From a bacterium (GTDB taxonomy: Bacteria; Myxococcota_A; Bradymonadia; UBA7976; UBA1532): a DNA stretch of 64,000 nucleotides. Both the position numbers and the translations under genes were made by a program. Positions 8,176 through 15,051 of this stretch are shown here, in pieces; within the stretch, counting starts at the first letter, position 1; every line of letters begins with the position of its first letter. Location of the stretch: NCBI GenBank assembly GCA_030427205.1, contig JAUHXC010000043.1, positions 6,456-70,455 on the forward strand, written 5' to 3'. The notes below the pieces were generated by a model that did not search any database, was not told where the DNA came from, and saw nothing but the letters and a program-made list of their open reading frames with translations.

Positions 8176-9677
8176 GGGGTTTTCTCCTTGAGCCAGCTGT
8201 TGTCCATCTTCAATTTGCCTGCGGGCGCGGTGGTCGGCGGCGGATCCGCCGGCTCCCGCGGAGGGCGCGGCGCGGCGGGCCGACTCGGCCGCGGCCGGGG
8301 CGCGTCGGTCGTCTCCGCGCGCTCGGCGCCCCGACCGATCCGGCCGGCGCCCGCGTCTGCGATGCCGTCGTCGGGCGCGTCCGGCGTCGCGTCGGTCGCG
8401 TCGGGTGCGGCGTCCGGCACCGCAGCAGGGGCCGCGTCCGGGGCAGCGGCCGCATCGACCGCGGCGAGCGGGCTGAGGTCGACGGGCTGCCCGGTGAGGG
8501 CCCCGTCGGTCAACGCCAGAGCGTCGCGCGGCGGCTCTGCGTCCGGCTCGGCAAGGGCAAAGGCCAGCGCGCCGGCCAGGGTGATGCCGATCCCGGCCCA
8601 GACCGCTCGCCAGCGCCGGTGCGCGGTGTCCGTGGGGCTCACCCCGGCTGTGGGCGCCGTCGCGTCGAGCAGCGGCGCCGTGGCCGCCAGACCGTCGTCC
8701 AGCGCCTGCGTCTCGGGCAGCTCGAGGGCTTCGACCAGGGGCAGCGCCGCCCGCATCGCCGCCGCGTCCGGGAAGCGCCCCTCGGGCTCGGTCGCCATCG
8801 CGCGCCGCAGGAAGCCCGCCAGCCCGCCCGGCACCGGGCGGGTCGCGTTCGACAGCGGGTCGTGCGCCGGATCCATCTTGCGCACCAGGATCGCCTGCAC
8901 GCTGCCCTGGCCGAACGGCAGGTGCTCGGCGAGGAGCTCGCAGGCCATGACCCCTAAAGCGTAGACGTCGGTCCAGGGGCCGATCGCGCGCTGGGTCGCC
9001 TGCTCGGGCGCCATGTAGCGCGGGCTGCCCGCGGCGACGGTCGTGCGATCGCCGTCGTCGGTGAACTTCGCGAGGCCGAAGTCGACCAGCCGCACGAAAT
9101 GAGGCTCGCCGGCCACCGACTGCACCATGACGTTCGTCGGCTTGAGATCGCGGTGCACCACCCCCTGGGCGTGGGCCGCTTCGAGGGCGTGGGTGATCTG
9201 AACCAGTATGCGCCGGCGGTCGCCGACGTCGAGCTCGGGCATCACGTCCCGCAGCGTGCGGCCGCCCTCGAGGTACTCCATGACCAGGTACGGCTGCTGC
9301 TGCGCCATGCCATAGGCCAGCAGCCGCACGATGTTGGGATGGGTCAGCCGCGACAGCGCCGATGCCTCGCGCACGAAGCGGCCCTCTTCGGCGAGCGTGC
9401 CGCCGCTGCGGGTGACGAGCTTGAGCGCGCCCTTGAGCCGCAGCGGCTGCTGCTCGGCGAGATAGACCGCGCCCATCGCGCCTTCACCGAGGCGGGCGAG
9501 CACCAGCCAGATGTCGAACAGCCGCCCGATGGCCGGGTCCTCGGTCGGGCGCTCGCCATAGGGGGCGGGCAGCCGGTGCACGCCGAGCCGGGCGCAGGCG
9601 TCGTCCATACATGGCTCGCGGGCGGCCCCCGGCCGCATGCAGCGAGGGCAGCGTCCGTGCTGGGCGTCTGCGTCCAT
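8172..9677 (-). CDS. Hanks-type Ser/Thr protein kinase, membrane-anchored, Pro-rich extracytoplasmic tail
   Basis: Track ORF 8172..9767. The likely start is MDADAQHGRCPRC (ATG 9677); 9767 is possible. Motifs are GEGAMGAVYLA, ALKLV, HRDLKPTNVMV, DFGLAKF and SPRYMAPE. One TM (WAGIGITLAGALAFALA) is followed by an Ala/Pro-rich tail. Confidence 0.9.
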   Translation of the reverse strand: MDADAQHGRCPRCMRPGAAREPCMDDACARLGVHRLPAPYGERPTEDPAIGRLFDIWLVLARLGEGAMGAVYLAEQQPLRLKGALKLVTRSGGTLAEEGRFVREASALSRLTHPNIVRLLAYGMAQQQPYLVMEYLEGGRTLRDVMPELDVGDRRRILVQITHALEAAHAQGVVHRDLKPTNVMVQSVAGEPHFVRLVDFGLAKFTDDGDRTTVAAGSPRYMAPEQATQRAIGPWTDVYALGVMACELLAEHLPFGQGSVQAILVRKMDPAHDPLSNATRPVPGGLAGFLRRAMATEPEGRFPDAAAMRAALPLVEALELPETQALDDGLAATAPLLDATAPTAGVSPTDTAHRRWRAVWAGIGITLAGALAFALAEPDAEPPRDALALTDGALTGQPVDLSPLAAVDAAAAPDAAPAAVPDAAPDATDATPDAPDDGIADAGAGRIGRGAERAETTDAPRPRPSRPAAPRPPREPADPPPTTAPAGKLKMDNSWLKEKTP

Positions 9678-9758
9678 GATGTCCCGTACCGCCGAAGAGT
9701 GCGCTGAAGAATGTCTCACCGCGACCTGTGACGCAAGGTACACGCCGCCGCGAATTCT

Positions 9759-9774
9759 CCATGGCATGCCATGG
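9759..9774. promoter_or_regulatory. perfect 16-bp palindrome CCATGGCATGCCATGG in a divergent intergenic region
   Basis: Read directly from the sequence. It sits in the locally GC-poor 170-bp gap between the kinase (minus strand) and the 9848 gene (plus strand). Confidence 0.35.
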
Positions 9775-9847
9775 GCGCCGATGCACGCGCCGACGCTGGC
9801 ATTCGCCGCGACGCGGTGCCAGACTGCCCGCCGACGACGGAGCGCGG

Positions 9848-10939
9848 ATGGACTGGCTCGACCCCGATACCCTCGATGCCATCTACGAGGCGGCAGTGGC
9901 CGCTGACCTGGTCGATCGCGATACCCGCACCGTGCTGCTGCAAGGCATCGACGACGACCTGCGGCTCTCCCTGCCCGACCACGCCCGCCCCGATCTGCAG
10001 TTTCGCAGCGACCTGCGCCTGCTCAACCGTCAGCCGCCGGGAGCGACGGCGCCGCTGAAGGCGTGGCTGGCCGAGGCGGCGCACCTCGCCGAAGGGCGCC
10101 CGCAAGCGCGGGTCTTCGTCGACGCGCTCGGGCGCGCGGCCGCCGATGGTCCGTCGGCGTCGCCGGATGACCCGCCCGGCAGCGAGCCGCCCTCGATCGA
10201 GACCCCCGCCGAAGCCCGTCCGGCCTGGTTCGTGCCGGCGGCGATCGGCGCGGCGGTGCTGCTCGTCGGTGTGCTCGTGGCGCTGGCGGTCGGCGACGGC
10301 CCATCCGGACCCGACGCTGGTCCGCCGGATGCCGGGTCGACGGTCTTGCGGCCCCTGGCGGTCAAGGTGGCCGACGCCAGCCGCGGACGGCCAGCGCTGT
10401 ACCGCATCGGCGGCGGCACGGTGGCGCTGGAAGACGTCGCCGGGCCGCGCACGATCACCGTCGACCAGAGCTGGGCTTGGAGCCGCGGACCGATCACCGC
10501 CGCCCAGTTCGCCGCCATCACCGGCGGGCTGCCCCCCGGGCGGGAGGCCGACGATACGCCGATCAGCGGGCTGTCCGCGCGGACTCTGCGCACGTTCTGC
10601 GACGGGCTCTCGCGATCCGAAGGCCTGCAGCCGTTCTACGCCGATGGCGGCCCCGGCTACCGCCTGCCGCCGGAGGACGCATGGGTCTTCACCTGCGTCG
10701 GCGGGCGCGGTGGATCCCCGGCGCCGGCGAGCTGGGGCCTGGCGGCCTTCGACGGGGCCGAGACGATGGCCGAGGGCGCCGAAGGCACGGCGTCGCTCGT
10801 CGAGCGCGGCGGGCAGGGCGGGGTGGGGATCGGCGCGTGCACCGCCGGGCGCCGCCCGCTGGGCGATGGCCCGGCGCCTGGATTTCGGGTCGTACGGCCG
10901 CTCGAACGATCGGTGCCGCTGACGCCGATCCCGCGTTGA
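9848..10939 (+). CDS. membrane protein: N-terminal adaptor-like helical domain + TM + degenerate FGE-sulfatase-like domain
   Basis: Track ORF 9728..10939, with the start at MDWLDPDTL (ATG 9848, GGAG 8 nt upstream). TM AWFVPAAIGAAVLLVGVLVALAV. The C-terminal part has SUMF1/FGE-like remnants (...ITAAQFAAITG...GYRLPPEDAWVF...GFRVVRP). Confidence 0.75.
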   Translation: MDWLDPDTLDAIYEAAVAADLVDRDTRTVLLQGIDDDLRLSLPDHARPDLQFRSDLRLLNRQPPGATAPLKAWLAEAAHLAEGRPQARVFVDALGRAAADGPSASPDDPPGSEPPSIETPAEARPAWFVPAAIGAAVLLVGVLVALAVGDGPSGPDAGPPDAGSTVLRPLAVKVADASRGRPALYRIGGGTVALEDVAGPRTITVDQSWAWSRGPITAAQFAAITGGLPPGREADDTPISGLSARTLRTFCDGLSRSEGLQPFYADGGPGYRLPPEDAWVFTCVGGRGGSPAPASWGLAAFDGAETMAEGAEGTASLVERGGQGGVGIGACTAGRRPLGDGPAPGFRVVRPLERSVPLTPIPR

Positions 10940-10957
10940 AGCGCGGCCGGCGGGGTC

Positions 10958-12778
10958 CTACTCGGCCGGCTGGCCTTCGGGAGACGGCGGGCGCGAGCGC
11001 TGGTAGGTATTGCCGAGGTCGTCGGTGAGCACGACCGCCTCGCCCTCGACCTCGAGCACGAAGTCCTCGTCGAGCGCCCGCGCTCGATAGCGCCAGCCAT
11101 CGGGCAGCTCGAGGCGCTCGCCGAGCGCCGGCAGGTCGTCCAGCCGCTGCTCGGGGTCGACGATCAGCGACATCGACTGCATCGTATAGATCGCGCCATC
11201 GGGGGCGAGCAGTTCGAAGGCATGGCCGCCCGCTTCGTAGAGGTAGGTCGTCGTGCGACGCACCGTCTGCTCGACGTAGGGCGCGCCCTCCTGCTGCCCG
11301 TCGATCTCGAGCACCGCCAGCAAGCGCATCTCGAGCTCGCCGAAGAGCCGCCGCTCCTCGGACGGCGGCGCCCCGCTCGAGCCCGCCGGCAGCCAGTGGC
11401 GCGGGCCATTGAGCACGACCGCGAGGGCCCCGGTCTCGGCCTGGATCGCCTCGGCGTCGACGGTCTCCCAGCGCTCGGCGGGGCAGTCGTTGATCCCGGG
11501 CGTGCCCCAGACCTCGGCCTCCGGCCCGTCGTCGGTCAGCTGCACCAGCAAGACCTCGCAGTAGCGGCTGCCCGGCCCGAACGGCACCGAGGCGAAGAAG
11601 CGCGCCAGCCGGCGGGCGAGCGCCGGGCCCTGGTCGTCCTGCAGGAAGTGGCTGGCCGCGTCCAGTCGATCGTGCGGCAGCCCGGCGGCGCCGGGCACGC
11701 TGTCGATGAGCCGCTGCTGGGTCTCGCAGGCCCCGAGCGTACCCGGGTCGTTGGCCGCCCACAGCGTCAAGAAGGGGCGCTCGAAGGCGGTCAGCCCGGC
11801 CCACGCCGCGTCGTTGGCGCCGGGCAGCTCGTTGACCAGCGAGGGGAAGACCCGCGCGCCCGCCATGTAGATCCGGCTGGGGAAGGGCGCGTCGTAGGCC
11901 GCCTCCTCGTCGCTGGGCAGATCGAACCAGGTCAACGCCTCGACGACCCCCGAGGCGCGAAAATCGCGGCCCTTCATGGCGTAGGTCATCCACGCCCCGA
12001 AGTCGGCTTCGCCGGCCGGGCGTCGCTCGCAGCCGTCGTAGAACGGCGGTTGCTGCGCAGGGATCGCGGCGAACGGGGAGGGGATATCGACGATCTCGTC
12101 GGGCGAGTCGACCGGCGGATGCAGCTCGATCCCGGCCGGCACCACCGGCAGGCTGCCGTTGCCCACCGCGATGCGGGCGTAGCGCTCGGGGTCGAGGCCC
12201 GCGGTGCGCAGCCCGATGAGGCTGCCCCAATCTTGTACGAAGAGGTTGATGTCGAGCAGCGCGAGGGCTTCGACGAAGCGCTGCAGCCGATCGCTGTGCC
12301 CGACGTAGCTGTAGGCGGCGATGTCGACCGGCTTGTCCGAGCGGCCCATGCCCAGGTGATCCATCGCGATGACCCGATAGCCGGCCTCGGCGAGCACCGG
12401 GATCATCTTGCGGTAGAGGTACGACCACGACGGCTGCCCGTGCAGCAGCAGCACCACCCGCCCGTCGGCGGGGCCCACGTCGACATAGGCCTGGCGCAGC
12501 CCGTCGATCTCGACGTACTGCGGCGCGTAGGGCCAGTCGGGAAGCCCTTCGAAGCACGCGTCGGGGGTGCGCACGAAGTCCACGCCGTCGGCCGTGGTCT
12601 GCACGATGGGCTCGGCGTCGCAGGCGCGCTCGTCGGTCGCGGCGTCGGCCGCCGCGTCGGTCGCGGCCATGTCCGGCCCGGCGTCGGCCGCCTCGCCGGT
12701 CTCGTCGCCGCCCTCTTCGCCACAGCCCATCAGGGTCAGGCACGCCAGCAGAAGGGTCCGCAGGGACAGATTGCTCAT
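10958..12778 (-). CDS. lipoprotein haloalkane dehalogenase (DhlA-like, HLD-I) fused to a C-terminal domain of unknown function
   Basis: Track ORF 10958..12910, with the start at MSNLSLRTLLLACLTLMGC (ATG 12778, RBS GAGGAGAA). It aligns by eye with Xanthobacter DhlA: HGQPSWSYLYRKMIPVL, GMGRSDKP, nucleophile VQDWG, cap Trp FGAWMTY, acid ANDPG and His ASHF. An additional ~210-aa C-terminal domain follows. Confidence 0.9.
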   Translation of the reverse strand: MSNLSLRTLLLACLTLMGCGEEGGDETGEAADAGPDMAATDAAADAATDERACDAEPIVQTTADGVDFVRTPDACFEGLPDWPYAPQYVEIDGLRQAYVDVGPADGRVVLLLHGQPSWSYLYRKMIPVLAEAGYRVIAMDHLGMGRSDKPVDIAAYSYVGHSDRLQRFVEALALLDINLFVQDWGSLIGLRTAGLDPERYARIAVGNGSLPVVPAGIELHPPVDSPDEIVDIPSPFAAIPAQQPPFYDGCERRPAGEADFGAWMTYAMKGRDFRASGVVEALTWFDLPSDEEAAYDAPFPSRIYMAGARVFPSLVNELPGANDAAWAGLTAFERPFLTLWAANDPGTLGACETQQRLIDSVPGAAGLPHDRLDAASHFLQDDQGPALARRLARFFASVPFGPGSRYCEVLLVQLTDDGPEAEVWGTPGINDCPAERWETVDAEAIQAETGALAVVLNGPRHWLPAGSSGAPPSEERRLFGELEMRLLAVLEIDGQQEGAPYVEQTVRRTTTYLYEAGGHAFELLAPDGAIYTMQSMSLIVDPEQRLDDLPALGERLELPDGWRYRARALDEDFVLEVEGEAVVLTDDLGNTYQRSRPPSPEGQPAE

Positions 12779-12852
12779 CGGTCTTCTCCTCTCGGATGGC
12801 CCGGTCGACTCGGCCGACCGGCGAAATTGATCGTGCGTCCACCATGCCCGCC

Positions 12853-12928
12853 GGATGTTGAGCGAATGTGGACGGCCGCCCATCACCCGTCGGCCCGTCG
12901 CCGCGCTCACGATATGCTCAACATTCGC
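12853..12928. promoter_or_regulatory. three copies of an 11-bp motif G[GA]ATGT[TG]GA.. (two direct, one inverted) upstream of the two-component operon
   Basis: GGATGTTGAGC (12853..12863) and GAATGTGGACG (12864..12874) are adjacent direct repeats. The reverse strand of 12914..12928 reads GCGAATGTTGAGCAT. The motifs lie 50-125 bp upstream of the regulator ATG at 12977. Confidence 0.25.
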
Positions 12929-12976
12929 CGGCCAGACTCACCCCGACGCGAACGCCCGGCCCGGAGGCCCTGCCCG

Positions 12977-13660
12977 ATGTCGAAACGCCCACACATTCTC
13001 ATCGTGGAGGACGACCTCGGCGTCGTCCGCGGCCTCGTCAGCGGACTGCAGCGGGCCGGCTTCGAAACCAGCCTGGCGATGGCCGGCGACGAGGGCCTGC
13101 AGCGCATCCTCAGCGAGCCCTTCGACCTGATCCTGCTCGACCTCATGCTGCCCGGGCGCAGCGGTTTCGAAGTGCTCGACGCCGTGCGCACCCGCGTCTC
13201 GGTGCCGATCATCGTCGTCTCGGCGCGCACCGACCTGCCCGCTCGGCTCGACAGCTTCCGCAGCGGCGCCGTCGACTTCGTGCCCAAGCCCTTCTTCATG
13301 GAGGAGCTCGTCGCCCGCATCCGCGCCCGCCTCGCCCTGACCGACGAGAGCCCGCGCCGCGAGCGGGCGCTCGCCGACGTCGTGCTCGATCTCGACGCGC
13401 GCGTCGCCCGCCGGGGTGAGGTCGACCTGGGCCTGACCGCCCACGAGTTCAACGTGCTCGCCTTCATGCGCGAGCGCGCCGGCCGGGTCGTCACCCGCGG
13501 ACAGATCGCCGACCACGCCTTGCCCGAGAGCGGTGAGCGCAGCGACCGCACCGTCGACAGCCACGTCTCGCGCATCCGCAAGAAGCTGGGGGCGCCGGCG
13601 GCCGAGCGGATCGAGACGGTGTGGGGCATCGGCTACCGCTGCGCCGAGGAGCAACCGTGA
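12977..13660 (+). CDS. OmpR-family response regulator
   Basis: This is the last 227 codons of track ORF 11222..13660. ATG 12977 is preceded by GGAGG. MSKRPHILIVEDD..., DLILLDLMLPG and PKP. The winged helix has LTAHEFNVLAFM...RTVDSHVSRIRKKL...VWGIGYR. Confidence 0.9.
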   Translation: MSKRPHILIVEDDLGVVRGLVSGLQRAGFETSLAMAGDEGLQRILSEPFDLILLDLMLPGRSGFEVLDAVRTRVSVPIIVVSARTDLPARLDSFRSGAVDFVPKPFFMEELVARIRARLALTDESPRRERALADVVLDLDARVARRGEVDLGLTAHEFNVLAFMRERAGRVVTRGQIADHALPESGERSDRTVDSHVSRIRKKLGAPAAERIETVWGIGYRCAEEQP

Positions 13661-14985
13661 TGCCCCGCCGCATCGTCGCCAGCGCCCTGATCAGCGTCGC
13701 GGTCGTCGCCGGCCTGTTCGTCCTGGGATCGAGCCTCGTCCGGCCGGTGATGCTGCGCGCGACCGTGGCCAACCAGTTGCAAGCCGTCGACCTGGACGCC
13801 TGCGCCGCCGATCCGGCGGCGTGGGGCTGGGGTTCGGGCGGCCTGACGGTCTTCGCCTACGACCGCGCGGGCCGCTCGGCCAACCCCGCGGCGCCGACGC
13901 TCGAAGGCGACCTGCTCGCGCAGGCGCGACAGGGCGAAGCGGCCTTCGGCGCGCCGACGGACGACCTCACCGTCGCGGTCGTGCCCATGGCCGCCGACGG
14001 ACCCTGCGCGCTGGTGCGGACGAGCTCGGCCAACGCGGCCCGCATCCTGCGGCCCCATCTGGCGGGGGTGTTGGCGGCGTCGACCATCGCCGGCATGCTG
14101 CTCGCCGCGTTCGGCACGCTGTGGCTGGTGGTCTGGCCGCTGCGGGCCCGCATCGCGGCGTTGGCCGTGGCGGCCCGCGGTGTCGGCGGTGAAGGCTTCC
14201 AGCCCCGTCCACCCGATCCCGGGCCGCTGGGGCAGCTCGCCGAGATCCTCAGCCGCAGCCACCAGCGCATCGTCGAGACCCGCCAGGCGCTCGAAGACCG
14301 CAACCGGGCGCTCGAAGACCACCTGGCCGGCATCGCCCACGATCTGCGCACGCCGCTGGCGAGTATGCAGCTCGCCCTCGAGCTGCTCGCCGCCGAGACC
14401 GCCGACGATCTGCGCCACGAGGCCCGCCGCGCGCTGGCCGACGGGGTCTATCTCTCCGCGCTCGTCGAGAACCTGCATCAAGCGACCCGTCTGCGGCACG
14501 CGATCGACGTCACCGCCGGCGAGACCGACCTGGGCGATGTCGTGCGCCGCCTGGAGCGCCGCTTCGCCATCGTCGGCCGGCACGCCGACATCGCCGTCGC
14601 CGCCCACGCCCCCGATGGGCCGGTGCCCGTCGCCTGCACGCCGGCCCTCGCCGAGCGGGCCCTGGCCAACGTCGTGCAGAACGCCATCGAGCACAACCCG
14701 GGGCCGGGGCACGTCGCGATCGTGCTCACGGTGTCGGGTGGGGACCGATTCTGCCTGACGGTCAGCGACGACGGGCCCGGGCTTCCCGCACATACCCGAG
14801 CCAGCCTCGACCGGGCGACCTTCCTCGACGAAGACGCGCGCACCCGCGGGCCGGGGCTGGGCATGCTGATCACCGGCGAGATCACGCGGCGGGCCGGCTG
14901 GTCGATCGCCTACACCGAGCGCGCCCCCACCGGGGTTCAGGTGCAGATCGAAGGAACGCTGCGAAGGGCCGCTGAGCCGGGCTGA
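13660..14985 (+). CDS. sensor histidine kinase (HisKA + HATPase_c)
   Basis: ATG 13660 overlaps the regulator stop (TGATG). There are two TM segments. H-box AGIAHDLRTPLASM, N-box NVVQNAIEHN, and G-boxes DDGPGL / GPGLGM. Confidence 0.9.
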   Translation: MPRRIVASALISVAVVAGLFVLGSSLVRPVMLRATVANQLQAVDLDACAADPAAWGWGSGGLTVFAYDRAGRSANPAAPTLEGDLLAQARQGEAAFGAPTDDLTVAVVPMAADGPCALVRTSSANAARILRPHLAGVLAASTIAGMLLAAFGTLWLVVWPLRARIAALAVAARGVGGEGFQPRPPDPGPLGQLAEILSRSHQRIVETRQALEDRNRALEDHLAGIAHDLRTPLASMQLALELLAAETADDLRHEARRALADGVYLSALVENLHQATRLRHAIDVTAGETDLGDVVRRLERRFAIVGRHADIAVAAHAPDGPVPVACTPALAERALANVVQNAIEHNPGPGHVAIVLTVSGGDRFCLTVSDDGPGLPAHTRASLDRATFLDEDARTRGPGLGMLITGEITRRAGWSIAYTERAPTGVQVQIEGTLRRAAEPG

Positions 14986-15017
14986 ATGGGGAGGGCAGGG
15001 GGCCGGCGAGGCGGCCG

Positions 15018-15042
15018 GCGCCGACGGAGGACCCGTCGGCGC
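15018..15042. terminator. GC-rich hairpin (10-bp perfect stem, 5-nt loop) between convergent genes
   Basis: GCGCCGACGG-aggac-CCGTCGGCGC, read directly from the sequence. It is located between the kinase stop (14985) and the peptidase stop (15052). There is no U-tract. Confidence 0.4.
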
Positions 15043-15051
15043 GAGGGGGGG

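Noticed and set aside
7039-8964. 641-aa plus-strand ORF across the kinase and TPR-protein genes
   Set aside because: It is antisense to two genes with clear signal peptide and kinase motifs. The translation is low-complexity.
10689-12976. 718-aa ORF 10689..12845(-) and the N-terminal 585 codons of ORF 11222..13660(+)
   Set aside because: Both overlap the DhlA-like gene, whose frame aligns residue by residue with a known enzyme. In ORF 11222..13660, only the last 227 codons (from ATG 12977 with a GGAGG RBS) form a response regulator.
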